Counted from the first letter of the stretch, positions 21,657 to 32,490 are shown. The stretch: DNA of 64,000 bases from Nitrosopumilus sp. (GCA_965207445.1 CBDBLX010000002.1:512001-576000), one strand, 5' to 3'. The notes: generated by a model not told the origin, from the sequence alone. Made by a program: numbers and translations.

Positions 21657-23136
21657 GTGCTGCTCAACCTCGTGGCAAAAACACACAACATGCAAAAAAA
21701 CCATGTCTCAAAAGTGATTGCGAGTGTTGTAAGTGGTGGTTGCACAATACCGATTGACAAGATATTGCAAGAGTCATCGAATTCAAAGAAAAAAATAACG
21801 GCCAATGGTGTGTCTGAGATGCTACAAGATGCTAAACACGTTAAAGACACAAAATGAAGAATTGGCCAAGGACAATAAAAAATATCAAAAGATCAACAAA
21901 GAGCTAAGGGCCAAGAAAAACGGCATCAAGGCAGTCACTGCTAGTGATAAACCTGACAAAACGCCAGGAGAAAATAAACCAAGGGGCAGGACCCAAGGGG
22001 CAAAAAGCTACCAAAACTACGCGCCCTACAAACATAACCAGAACAGAGGTGGTAGATGGCACTACATGCCCACAATGCAAAAACCCACTCTCATCGACCA
22101 TAACAGACGAGTATGACAGGGTGGTCCAAATTATCACAACAATCACAGAGTATGTCAAGTTTGATATCAAACGTCGCTGGTGTAGTAAATGCAAAAAGTG
22201 CAGCAACCCATTTCAAACGTAAGGCCTCATGCACGCCGTTCAACTAATCATTCTGCAACCACAGTCACACTAAACATGAAAGGTCTATCACACGCAAAGA
22301 CTGCAGAATTCAGCAAAGATGTCATGCAAGTTGAGATCTCCCCATCAGCGGCATATCGTGACAAGATATCACATGTCAAAGCACAAAAATCAAAACACGA
22401 TGAGATTAAACAAAAAATTTTGAACAAAAGCGAGTTAGGGTGTGATGAGTTTGACTGGCCTGGGGCAAACAAAAAACGTGCGTGCGGTTTAATTGCGCTC
22501 GGAGACGACTGTTGTCTAATAGAGATAACTGACAACAAAACAATATCCACCCTCAAAAAATTCCTGCCAAAATACAATGGACTAGTACGGCATGACTCTA
22601 ATCCATCATGGGGTCACATTGGAATACAACATCAGATGTGTTTGTCACATCAGACTCGACTGCCAAAAAAAGACATCAGATATGTAAATCCAAAAGGTGC
22701 AGTACTGCGATTTCTCAACACATTAGTTCAAATATTCAAACAATTCTATAAAGCAGATGAAATAGACGATCCTCACACACGACAAGTGGCCTCATATTGT
22801 TTGGACAGCCAACTGCGCCAACTAATGAACAATGATTGGACAAAGGAAAAAGACTGGGACGGTGACAAAGAGGGCATAATAAACAGATTCAAAAAGAGAT
22901 GGAGACGCGAAGGATACCATATGAGCACCTTTTTACACATAAAGGGCATACCACCAGACAATAATGACGTTGAACGAACTAATCGAATATTTGTATCCAT
23001 AAAAAATGATGGTGGTGGAAACAGAACGTCGCGTGGTATGGAGGCCAACTCAATATTATTCACACTGCTTGCAACAGGTAAGATCAGCGGCGAGATCTTT
23101 TTTGATATGCTGTGCAAGGGATACAAACCTGGCTAA
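21657..23136 (+). pseudogene. IS66-family transposase (TnpC-like), frameshifted into several ORFs
   Basis: Coiled coil, CPQC...WCSKC zinc finger, GCDE, LVRHD, HQMCLSH, PPDNNDVERTNR..GGNRTSRG. Confidence 0.8.
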
Positions 23137-23294
23137 AACTACAGAATCATCTATGTGCCCATCTGCGTATTGTAATCAACTACGCATTATTATTGTCAAT
23201 TGATTATATATGAATATACAACGCCGAGATCATCATGATCGGAAAAATGCGCATGATCATTTACCTTATGTGTGCGCTTCAAAAAGCAAAATAG

Positions 23295-23483
23295 TTACGA
23301 AAATTACGACAGACTTTGGTGGAAAATTATCCATAATGGATGCGTTTGTGGATTCAATTGCCGGATTGATCAGAAGACTGTTTCGATGGGAATTAAAACA
23401 TAGTAGTTACTTGCCATAGTAAATCTGCCGCACTGTATAATTAAAAATAAGATCATTAAAATTGAGCACATTGTGAACTACTG
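23295..23483 (+). mobile_element. ISH3-type right-end remnant
   Basis: Matches 18037-18225; ends CACATTGTGAACTACTG. Confidence 0.75.
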
Positions 23484-23614
23484 GCGTGGGGAACTTACCA
23501 TCCAGAACCGCTGTGCTCTGATACAACGGACTACTCTATTTGTATTCTATCCGCACGAGGATCCCGGTACCCATTACACGTGATATAACTAAGCCGCTTG
23601 GAATGAATAGAAAA

Positions 23615-23638
23615 TGGACCGGAAGGAGTTTGAATCCT
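23615..23638 (-). other. Degenerate att site: copy of the tRNA-Ala 3' end
   Basis: TGGACCGGAAGGAGTTTGAATCCT vs TGGACCGGAAGGGATTTGAACCCT at 33952-33975 (21/24 identical). Confidence 0.75.
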
Positions 23639-23868
23639 GCAAGGTTCAAACCGCATACAATGGCAGAAGTCGATCGGGATGCCTGCAAACTCCCTACTAT
23701 TTTTCTTTTTGATTATGCTTGTACACTTGGCTCAATTGTTACTGTTGTTGCGTGTTGTCGCTTCGGCAAGTGTACAAGTAGATGGTACGCCACCGGTCTA
23801 TGCCGATATACACGATCCTCTTTTGAGAAAAGGAAACGATTTAAAGAAACTGCCGTCAAGGTAACAGT

Positions 23869-24129
23869 ATGGAAAATCCTGACCATCTAAAGATCGAGGA
23901 TAGACTCCAGACAGACCCAAAGGTGGCGTCCGACCCCTCAATCCATGCAGGCCAGCACGTACTGGATGACATGGACTTTCGAGAGGAACTGGCAAAATCC
24001 ATAGGGCTTGACAGGGTTCCAGATTTAGACCCAAAAGCATTTGACCGCATCAAGGGGATCTTGTCAGAGGAATGGGGTGAGGGGAGATTTGATGCCGTAG
24101 AATCTGTTAGAGAAGTGAGAGGTTGGTAA
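23869..24129 (+). CDS. Putative antitoxin (VapB-like)
   Basis: Small acidic ORF ending DAVESVREVRGW, overlapping a PIN gene. Confidence 0.6.
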   Translation: MENPDHLKIEDRLQTDPKVASDPSIHAGQHVLDDMDFREELAKSIGLDRVPDLDPKAFDRIKGILSEEWGEGRFDAVESVREVRGW

Positions 24130-24677
24130 GAAAGACTTACCTTGATTCCAACATTCTACTGGCCGTATCAGCAGGTCTGGAGAAAGAACCGGATCAGTTC
24201 AGAATGGCTACACGTGTGCTGGATGAGATTGGGAGCGGCGATGCGTTGGGGACCGTATCATCATTGGCGCTGATGGAGGTCATAACAGTAATGCGTGTAA
24301 AAAAAGGCAGGGAAACACATCGTTTGGGTTCTATGCCTGACGATCAGCAGTCTGAGTTTGTGTTACGCGAAAGCAGAACAATGTACGGCAAGCTAATTGC
24401 AGAGCTTATGAGGCTGCCTGGTCTAAAGTTTGAACATGGACAAAATATGGGTGTGGGTACTGTCATGAAAAATGCCCTGAACACAATCCATGAAACTGGG
24501 GGGCATGTAAGATCTAGTGGAAAGTCACGATTCAGTGGCGTGGGCACGGTTGATGTGCTTCATGCGTTGTTGGCACAAAACATGGACTGTAATGAATTGG
24601 TAACTTTTGACAAGGGTTTTGATGAGATGGCCAGAATTGCCGCGTTTGAAGGCTTGACGTTCCGAATCCTAAATTGA
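24123..24677 (+). CDS. PIN-domain (VapC-like) toxin
   Basis: YLDSNILL, SSLALMEV, DVLHALLA, LVTFDKGF. Confidence 0.85.
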   Translation: MVRKTYLDSNILLAVSAGLEKEPDQFRMATRVLDEIGSGDALGTVSSLALMEVITVMRVKKGRETHRLGSMPDDQQSEFVLRESRTMYGKLIAELMRLPGLKFEHGQNMGVGTVMKNALNTIHETGGHVRSSGKSRFSGVGTVDVLHALLAQNMDCNELVTFDKGFDEMARIAAFEGLTFRILN

Positions 24678-24758
24678 GGATGTGCTGGACGTCACATTGA
24701 AATTACTCCTCCCCCCTACATCTTGACGTTCCGAATCCTAAATTGAGGATGTGTTGGA
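24653..24758. repeat. 37 bp direct repeat (1 mismatch) flanking a unique 32 bp insert
   Basis: CTTGACGTTCCGAATCCTAAATTGAGGATGTGYTGGA at 24653-24689 and 24722-24758. Confidence 0.95.
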
Positions 24759-24877
24759 GATATACGGGTGCGACGACGACGACCCGCTCGCATACATGAG
24801 AGCCTAGGGTATCTGTGGTACTGACGGGCAAAGACCCGGAGACGGATCCGCGCGACTTTGAGACCCTCCTAGACTGA

Positions 24878-27721
24878 TCATCTGGTCCTGCATTTTTTGC
24901 ACCATGATTGCGGCCTGATCAGCCCGTCCATGTTACGAAACCCGAACAATTTTTCAACTTCCTGCCTTGTGCGCGCCGCTTTGCCGCATCTGGGGCATCT
25001 TGCATCCTCGTTTGCAGATGTGTCTGACTTGGAATGCTTTGCAATTATTGCACGGACATCTGAAGGATGAAACGCAACATCCCACATCCATGTTCCGTAT
25101 CTACCATCTTTGTTCACGACATCAATCCATTCTTCCAAATACCTGCGCTTTTCCTTGTTCTGTGTACTGTCCACGCCCTTTATCTCCAGAACCAGCATTA
25201 TGTTGTTTCTGAGTCTTATCAGGAAATCCGGGTAATAATCATGTATGATGCCATTGAACAAGTATTTTATCACAAACCCCAAGTGATCGTTCTTGGTCCA
25301 CGACGTAACATTTCTGTTGCGTTCTAGCTCCTGCCCGGCGCCCATCTCCCATGTGGAATCGTATACTGCCATGTTGATGTGGGACTTTGTAGTGTACTCG
25401 GTGGGTTTCTTTGTGTGCCATGGCCTCATATCCGATGTGGATTTAACGGGCTTGGAGTTGAACACAATGTTCCTCTTTGTGACGTTCGAGTCCTTGATGG
25501 CCTTACACACGTGCGATACGACCTTTGACATGTTAAACAGAATGGTCATCCTTGTACGCAGATCGTCTCCTGATACGTCAGTGACCTTGATCTTGCCGGA
25601 ATGGACAAACTCCTCGACCAGTTTTACTACCTGCGCCAGTAGGTACTCTCTGCCTCCGCTCCAATCGGGCGACATACTGTCGTACACATCCTTTGCGGCG
25701 ACAAAGATCACGCGTTGCAGCCTTATCTTCCCGTCTAGATCGTGCAGGTCTATCTCTGACATTTTGTCTACGTGGGGTTTGCCCGCTAAGATCTGGGCCA
25801 TTCCTGCAGTGGTGCTGGTGCCGTCACTCCTCAGGTTGAGCGTGTGGATGTTTTTCCAATTTACACTGAGTCTTGGTAAGAGTTCCATGTCTATTCTGTC
25901 TATGTGGGGCCAGGATATCATGTGCTCTGCCTTGTCTACATCCGGCTCGATTAGAGTCGTGGCTGCATCCGGTGGGGGTGGTGGACCATTCCCTCCCTCG
26001 TGAGGCAGGAACGTGAACGGCACCCCAAACACATTGACATACTCTGGAGAGAACAAGCCTGTGTCACAGCTTGTTTCATAAGACGTTCTTCGAAGCCCGC
26101 GTCCGACCACCTGCTCGCACAGCAGCTGGCTACTAAACGCCCTCAGGCCCATGATGTGGGTGACGTTCCTGGCATCCCAGCCCTCGGAGAGCATCTGCAC
26201 CGCGACAATGTTTCTTATCTGCTCCCCGGGCTTGCCTGTCTTGCCTACTGTGTCAACAATACTCCTGAGGTATTCCTCACTACCGGTTCCCGTGGCATCC
26301 TTTTCTTCTGCTTTGTTGATAGTGGTGGAATCGATGTGTAGTAGGTGCTCTTTCACGGCGAGCTCGGCCATCTCGAACCTGTCGTTTTCAAACGAGTGCA
26401 TTACTCGGGCGGCAGTCTCCGTCCTGTTGCAGACCGTTATCATGACGGGTGGTATTCTTGAGCCGCTCTTGCCCCATCGCTTTTTTGTCGCCGCCCAGTC
26501 ATGGCCTAGCAGCATGTATGCATTTACTACCAGATCCGGCAGCTTTTCATGGGGTTTGGCATTCCTGTTCAGATCGGGCTTTACCTCCTCGTCCCTGTAC
26601 AGGTGGTAAAACCTGGATTTGTAGTCTTTTGTGAACCTGTTGCTGTCGTCACGTATGACCACTCTCGGAGTCTTTGTCAGGCCGGATTCTATGGCATCGT
26701 TGAGCGAAAAGTCTGACACTATCCATTCAAACAGCGTGTCCTCCGTCACGTTCTTTCCCGTCGGGATGAACGGGGTGGCCGAAAAGTCAAAACATCTCAT
26801 GATGCCTCGGGCATCGTGTATTCTGTCGAGGCCCTCGATCCAGCGTCTGTCACGCTCGATCTCTCTTTTTGAGATTCCCTTTGCTTGTTCGGCATCTGCC
26901 CTGTACGCGTGATGGGCCTCGTCATTTATTACCACTATATTGGAATGATCATGTTCAAGAATCCGCTTTGAAAAGACTGTATTGCTTTCTGCCCCTCGCT
27001 TCACAACGCTTCTGGGCGCGTCTGTTTCGGGCATCAAAGTATGCCAGTTGTGTATCGTGATTCTACCCAGAAATAGTTTCTGGTGATATCCCTCGGGCAC
27101 TATCTCAAACTGATCGTACATGCTGTCACTGCTTGATGGTAGCAGTACCTGCAGCCTCGACTTTACTGTCAGCCCGGGAGCCATGACAAGTATGTTCTTT
27201 GAGAATCTAGAGTCCTGCGGATATGTGGTCTTGTTTATTATCTGCCACACAATCAGCATCGCCATTACTATCGTCTTGCCGGTTCCGGTCGCCATCTTGC
27301 AGCACAGCCGCTGAAACTCCCCGCCGTCTGACGGGATGTCGATCCCACGTCTTTCTGACTCGTGCGCCTCGACCAGCCAGATGAGCGTCTCTATCGCCTC
27401 CAACTGGCAGAAGAATAACCGGTTCTCGCGCTTTGTGGCATCATGCCAAAACTCCAAGAGATTTCTTGTCACTCCTGTGACGTTGGGATATCCTTTCTCT
27501 CTCCATGCATCCACCCTGTCACGTATCCTGTTGACCAGCTCGAGTTCCCGAAATTCCCCCGGATCATCAAATGACTTACTGTCTTCGGTGGCCATGAGAA
27601 AGCCCGCGGGTCTGCGTCCATCAACGAGCTCGAATCTTCTCCGTGCGCGGTCATACCTATAATGCCCGGTGGGCATTTGGTACGGGTTGCAAATTATAAG
27701 ATTCTCGATTTGGGTAGTCAT
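24878..27721 (-). CDS. res: Type III restriction endonuclease Res subunit with C-terminal zinc ribbon
   Basis: LFFCQLEAIET, KMATGTGKT, NDEAHH, MLSEGWDA, EQVVGRGLRR, YYPDFLI..LEIKG nuclease motif. Confidence 0.92.
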   Translation of the reverse strand: MTTQIENLIICNPYQMPTGHYRYDRARRRFELVDGRRPAGFLMATEDSKSFDDPGEFRELELVNRIRDRVDAWREKGYPNVTGVTRNLLEFWHDATKRENRLFFCQLEAIETLIWLVEAHESERRGIDIPSDGGEFQRLCCKMATGTGKTIVMAMLIVWQIINKTTYPQDSRFSKNILVMAPGLTVKSRLQVLLPSSSDSMYDQFEIVPEGYHQKLFLGRITIHNWHTLMPETDAPRSVVKRGAESNTVFSKRILEHDHSNIVVINDEAHHAYRADAEQAKGISKREIERDRRWIEGLDRIHDARGIMRCFDFSATPFIPTGKNVTEDTLFEWIVSDFSLNDAIESGLTKTPRVVIRDDSNRFTKDYKSRFYHLYRDEEVKPDLNRNAKPHEKLPDLVVNAYMLLGHDWAATKKRWGKSGSRIPPVMITVCNRTETAARVMHSFENDRFEMAELAVKEHLLHIDSTTINKAEEKDATGTGSEEYLRSIVDTVGKTGKPGEQIRNIVAVQMLSEGWDARNVTHIMGLRAFSSQLLCEQVVGRGLRRTSYETSCDTGLFSPEYVNVFGVPFTFLPHEGGNGPPPPPDAATTLIEPDVDKAEHMISWPHIDRIDMELLPRLSVNWKNIHTLNLRSDGTSTTAGMAQILAGKPHVDKMSEIDLHDLDGKIRLQRVIFVAAKDVYDSMSPDWSGGREYLLAQVVKLVEEFVHSGKIKVTDVSGDDLRTRMTILFNMSKVVSHVCKAIKDSNVTKRNIVFNSKPVKSTSDMRPWHTKKPTEYTTKSHINMAVYDSTWEMGAGQELERNRNVTSWTKNDHLGFVIKYLFNGIIHDYYPDFLIRLRNNIMLVLEIKGVDSTQNKEKRRYLEEWIDVVNKDGRYGTWMWDVAFHPSDVRAIIAKHSKSDTSANEDARCPRCGKAARTRQEVEKLFGFRNMDGLIRPQSWCKKCRTR

Positions 27722-30231
27722 TGTTCCAGCGGTATGATTTTCAGGGATTCGATTCCACGATCGTCGATTATCTTTACTGCCGCCTGCTTGTTTTGACCTG
27801 CTTCAAACGGGATTGATTTCGTGCCTTGGTATTTTACAATTAATTCTTCGTCAATATGAGCTTGTAAAGTCTTTGCTAATTTAGTCCATCCACCTATTTC
27901 TTCTTTCAATGGGAAAAACACTTGTTGTGGATATATGCTTCTACCGTCATAATCTTCATCTAACATCCACATCGCAATATTTGATACATTGCCCGATTTT
28001 ATTTGTCCGTCTCTTGTGTCGTAATAATCGAACCCTTTTACTGCAACGACATATTTTTTATTTTTTATTTTTTCTAGCTTGACATCTGGCTGACCCATTA
28101 GCCAAAATGATTCGTTACTAGCACGTTTTCTTTTCAAATCCTTTGTTAGAAGATCTTTGTTTATTTCAGCCTTTAATATTGTAGTTTCTGGCCACTTTAA
28201 TTCATCAATATCTTTTGAAGCTTCCGGATCAAATTGCATAGCTACAAATATTATAATTTCAGGTTTTGGAACTAATTTCTGAGCTTCATTTATTGCATTT
28301 TCGACTTGTCTTGACTCTAATGGCGCATACTCTGGCCCAAACGAAATCATTACTCTTTTGGGATTTTTTTCTTTTGTTTCTGCATCTGCATGCAGCCATT
28401 TTGTGGCAGGATGAGACTCAACTTTTACAAATTCTATTTTTTGGTTATTTTTGCCTCGAATTCCAGTTTTAAATAATTCTTCTCTCCATTGCTGTTGATG
28501 TGAATCTGCTTTTTTTACCAACTTACTTTCTTTAGATTCTCTTGTAAGCACATCTATTGATTTAACGGTAGGTGCTGGAACAGCTTCTACAGTAAACGGC
28601 CCTGAGATCCTTATTAGATTTTTTTGTGCTACTGGCGCATCGTATAATATTTCTTCATTAATTGGTTCATTATTAGCCAAGGCTCCAAGAGTAATGTGAG
28701 GAACTGTCGCATACTTAAATCCTGATTTAACTCCCTCTTGTGGTTGGTTTAATTTATAATACTCAAACCTTGAGGTCATTAATCGTTGTTTTGCCAAGTA
28801 TATTGCAACTCTAGATGTGTCACACGTGATCCATCTCCTACCTTGCTGCTCTGCAACGAATGCTGTAGTTCCGGATCCACATGTAGGATCAAAAACCAGA
28901 TCTCCTGGTTCTGTAGTCATGAGTATACATCGTTGAATGGTCCCTGTTGCTGTTTGAACCGCATAAATTTTATTGGATACTAAAGCCATTTCATTCCATA
29001 AATTATCAACTTCTGCGAAAGGGAAGTCATCGTAATATTTGACAAATCGTAATGTATTTCCTGTTGGAATCACTCTGTTTTTTTCCACTAGTGACATCAT
29101 GCCTTTTTCATTTGTCACCCAACTTCTTCCTCCTGCACTGTATGGCGCTTGATATTTTTTGCCTCTGTATGTTACTTCAAAATCTGCCCCTTTATTGACT
29201 CCTGCAGGAGCAAGCTTATATGACGTAAAAACCCTTACATTTTTTGGAAGTTTATGTAAGCCTTGTAATTCCTCACTTGTTAATTTTCTCCTTGTCCCAT
29301 TTGCCTCTTCAACAAAATTCCATGTCCCACTTTCAAGTTCTTTTTTCTTAAACAACCTATTAAACGTCATTACCTTCTTGTTTTTTGCATACCAGATTAA
29401 ATAATCAGACACCGATCCGATAAATTTTGACCCCAATGGATTCATTTTTCTTCTGAACGTGATGACGCTGACAAAATTCTTGACACCAAAGATTTCGTCT
29501 AACAATTCCCTTACGTGGTGTATATTCTCATCAGAAATTTGAACAAAAATACTTCCTTTTTGACCAAGCAATTGTTTTGATAATATTAACCTGTCACGCA
29601 AATATGATAAATATGAATGAATTCCTAATTCCCATGTATCTCTATATGCTTTAATAGTTTCTGGCTCTTGAGTTAAATCCGCATCAACCCCATCTGCAAC
29701 ATTTTTTTTATTTACGAATGGCTGAAAATTGGAACCATATTTAATTCCGTATGGAGGATCCATGTAAATCATTTGTACCTTTTCCGTCATATTCTCTTTT
29801 TCTAATAATGAGTTCATGACAAGTAATGAATCTCCTGCAATAAGTCGATTTGACCAATTCTGATCGTGCTTATAAAATTCTATTGCATTTCTTAATGGTG
29901 GGTTGTTCTCTGGCAAATCAAAAAAATTGAATATGGTTTTCTGTTGATATTGTTCCGTTTTCATGACTTTCTCTAAAATAGTATGTGGATCAATTCTTTC
30001 ATGTACGTGCAATGAAACTGTATCAACTCTTAATTCCGTTTTTTCATTTTTTGTAGACCATATTAGTTGTGGATCAAGTCGCGGATCATGCGTATATTTT
30101 TTCCTTGATTTATCTGGATCGGTTTTTGATGTGACTAGGCCTGCATGAGGATTATTCGTTCTCTTAGATTCTCTGTGTGTGTACTGCTCTACGGACTCTT
30201 GCCTCTTTGTCCTTTTTTTCATGCTTGTCAT
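27718..30231 (-). CDS. mod: Type III R-M DNA methyltransferase Mod subunit
   Basis: NRLIAGDSL, IYMDPPYG (motif IV), VFDPTCGSGTTA (motif I); 4 bp overlap with res. Confidence 0.92.
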   Translation of the reverse strand: MTSMKKRTKRQESVEQYTHRESKRTNNPHAGLVTSKTDPDKSRKKYTHDPRLDPQLIWSTKNEKTELRVDTVSLHVHERIDPHTILEKVMKTEQYQQKTIFNFFDLPENNPPLRNAIEFYKHDQNWSNRLIAGDSLLVMNSLLEKENMTEKVQMIYMDPPYGIKYGSNFQPFVNKKNVADGVDADLTQEPETIKAYRDTWELGIHSYLSYLRDRLILSKQLLGQKGSIFVQISDENIHHVRELLDEIFGVKNFVSVITFRRKMNPLGSKFIGSVSDYLIWYAKNKKVMTFNRLFKKKELESGTWNFVEEANGTRRKLTSEELQGLHKLPKNVRVFTSYKLAPAGVNKGADFEVTYRGKKYQAPYSAGGRSWVTNEKGMMSLVEKNRVIPTGNTLRFVKYYDDFPFAEVDNLWNEMALVSNKIYAVQTATGTIQRCILMTTEPGDLVFDPTCGSGTTAFVAEQQGRRWITCDTSRVAIYLAKQRLMTSRFEYYKLNQPQEGVKSGFKYATVPHITLGALANNEPINEEILYDAPVAQKNLIRISGPFTVEAVPAPTVKSIDVLTRESKESKLVKKADSHQQQWREELFKTGIRGKNNQKIEFVKVESHPATKWLHADAETKEKNPKRVMISFGPEYAPLESRQVENAINEAQKLVPKPEIIIFVAMQFDPEASKDIDELKWPETTILKAEINKDLLTKDLKRKRASNESFWLMGQPDVKLEKIKNKKYVVAVKGFDYYDTRDGQIKSGNVSNIAMWMLDEDYDGRSIYPQQVFFPLKEEIGGWTKLAKTLQAHIDEELIVKYQGTKSIPFEAGQNKQAAVKIIDDRGIESLKIIPLEQ

Positions 30232-30344
30232 ACCTCCATGTGGCCGCTGCCCTGAGAGATACTGTATGTAAAGCGTATATAACTTGTATTAAAACTGTAA
30301 TAAATCAGATAAGTGCAGGTATGGCTTAGATACATGATACATAC

Positions 30345-30614
30345 ATGAATGCGATACATCCGAACCTAGGCTATGTTATGGCCGGCAAATATCGGAAGAT
30401 CGTATTATTCACTCTGAAGACTGGTGCGTTATCTCCAACAGAGATCACTAAGAAAACAGGCCACTACCAAAGTCGAATAAGCGAAGCCTTGATTGATCTT
30501 GCCTCCAGAGACTTGGTTGTGTGCGTGAACCCTGATGCCCGAAAAGGTAAGTTGTATTGCCTTACATCAGATGGTGAGAAAGTCTGCTCTCAACTTGCTT
30601 GTCGTGACGCGTAA
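30345..30614 (+). CDS. Winged-helix transcriptional regulator, divergent from mod
   Basis: RKIVLFTL..LSPTEITKKTG..SRISEALIDL..LVVCVNPDARKGKLYCLT. Confidence 0.8.
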   Translation: MNAIHPNLGYVMAGKYRKIVLFTLKTGALSPTEITKKTGHYQSRISEALIDLASRDLVVCVNPDARKGKLYCLTSDGEKVCSQLACRDA

Positions 30615-30782
30615 GATTCATGACAACCTCGATTCTTTTGCTGTAGATGCATACTGATCTAGTAATAAACTGATCTAGCAATAAATTGATCTTTTTAAGA
30701 CGTATCAGCGTGTATTCTTGTCCCTCTTTCTCTGACATGTATTTGACGCGTTCCTGATAACCGTTCAACCACCGCACTTGCA

Positions 30783-30892
30783 TACTGATATGATTAAAGA
30801 TCCGATATTTTGATTGATATGCATCTCGAAGTTGAGCACATATTATGAATACGAAATATTAGAAAACTATCGGATCTTTAATGAAACTATTA
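30783..30892. repeat. ~110 bp repeat with 15 bp terminal inverted repeats (MITE-like), copy 1
   Basis: ATTAAAGATCCGATA...TATCGGATCTTTAAT (30793-30882); near-identical copy at 31315-31424. Confidence 0.85.
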
Positions 30893-31295
30893 TGCACCAG
30901 AAGTTAGACGATGAATCTGTGCCTAAATTTGAGAAGGGATTGAACGGTTCCGCGGCAAAGTATACCACTAACAAGGGTATACTGCCGGAGATCCTGCTAA
31001 GGGATATGCGCGACGCATTCACGCGCTCCGAGGACCTGTTGGATCTGGAGATGTTTGATGATGCCACCGCCGATCCAACGCTTGACCTCCAGAACAACCT
31101 AACTGACTTGGTCAGTGAAGCGACTAATACGGGTGGTCTGCGTCTTATGACAGGGCGAGCCAGAACAACCTAACTGACTTGGTCAGTGAAGCGACGCCAG
31201 AGCAGCTCGGCTCTATACTAGAGATCCTTCAGAAACTAGGGATCGGCAACACACAGAGACGCACAGGCTGCGTACCGTTTTACATCATGACCTAG
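30892..31295 (+). pseudogene. Hypothetical gene frameshifted by a 71 bp insertion
   Basis: Removing 31125-31195 gives a continuous frame ...LQNNLTDLVSEATPEQLGSILEILQKLGIGNT...*. Confidence 0.6.
31089..31195. repeat. 36 bp perfect direct repeat flanking a unique 35 bp insert
   Basis: CCAGAACAACCTAACTGACTTGGTCAGTGAAGCGAC at 31089-31124 and 31160-31195. Confidence 0.97.
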
Positions 31296-31314
31296 ACCGG
31301 TACTTGGTAGCGGG

Positions 31315-31424
31315 TACTGATATGATTAAAGATCCGATATTTTGATTGATACTCATCTCGAAGTTGAGCACATATTATGAATACAAAATATTAGAAAACT
31401 ATCGGATCTTTAATGAAATTATTA
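31315..31424. repeat. ~110 bp MITE-like repeat, copy 2
   Basis: About 4 mismatches to 30783-30892. Confidence 0.85.
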
Positions 31425-31785
31425 CGGGCTTTCGGTTTGTTACCATTCTGTCTGAGGATGTGGTGATGGTCGAGGGGACATGCGCACGCAGCAACAACTG
31501 CTGTAATGATGACGTTGGTGGCGATGCCAAAACGCAACGCGGTCCGAACCCTGTAGATGGTGGACCGGAAGGTATCCAAGTCCACAGTGGGTTCAGAACC
31601 TTCAACACTAGACGACAAAGTGAATCGGGGCGCTTACTATTCCTCCTTTTTCAACTCAAAGTCACCCCTGGGCGTCAATGATAATTAGGTGCACAAAACC
31701 TCTGACGTTAAGAGGGAAAATACAAAACCCTGAATGTTGTGAATGCATATCTTCATTAGTAGAACTTCATCATTGGGTTGGGACA

Positions 31786-32361
31786 TCAGTAGTCGTGTTC
31801 GTCCCAGTCAGATCCCAGTGCTATTCTAACCGCAACGGTCCCATCACTCATTTCAAACGATATTTCTTGATCCGGAACAAATTCTGCAAACAACTGCTTC
31901 AACATGGTTGCCACAAACAGTGACCATGGTACTCCCATTTTATGTCTGACAGTAAAGCAATGCACGCCATGTTCGATTGTGTGGTCTGACGCCATTCCGA
32001 TTGCCCGTATGTATTTTTCCAGCGTTACGATGCATCGCTTGAGGTCGTAGCTTTCCTCCATCATTATTACAGTGTCTTTGAAGAATTCCATAGATTTTGA
32101 GACTGTTTTGCAGATCTCCGACTCACTCATCCCAGACATTATGTCGGCCAGCACTTCTCTCGGAGTCGGAATCAGTCCTAGGCTTTGTACGTTGACATCC
32201 CAGTCGGCCCACTTTCGGAGTATGGAGTTGTGCAGGTGAGTCGTGGACACGCCAAGCCGCTTTGCCTCGTGTTCCAGTGCGTCTGCCACGTGCTGGGGGA
32301 CTCGAATAGTCATGTGAATTGTACCTCTTTTCTCGTTGTTTGTACCATTCCTGTCAGACAT
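31786..32361 (-). CDS. Thaumarchaeal ribbon-helix-helix-type DNA-binding protein
   Basis: MTIRVPQHVADALEHEAKRLGVSTTHLHNSILRKWADWD N-terminus; HKMGVPWSLF motif. Confidence 0.7.
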   Translation of the reverse strand: MSDRNGTNNEKRGTIHMTIRVPQHVADALEHEAKRLGVSTTHLHNSILRKWADWDVNVQSLGLIPTPREVLADIMSGMSESEICKTVSKSMEFFKDTVIMMEESYDLKRCIVTLEKYIRAIGMASDHTIEHGVHCFTVRHKMGVPWSLFVATMLKQLFAEFVPDQEISFEMSDGTVAVRIALGSDWDEHDY

Positions 32362-32490
32362 CAGATAGAATCTAATGCATGTCTTATTTTGTCTTTTGTG
32401 TGTAATTGTAGCACATTGTGGTGCATTAGTGCACAGTGTGGAATAATGTGGACATACTGCTTATTAAGCAACTTACAGCTTGTTCAGTCA

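Noticed and set aside
32185..32490. N-terminal extension of the metalloprotease ORF
   Set aside because: Overlaps the opposite-strand RHH gene; the signal peptide begins at ATG 32491
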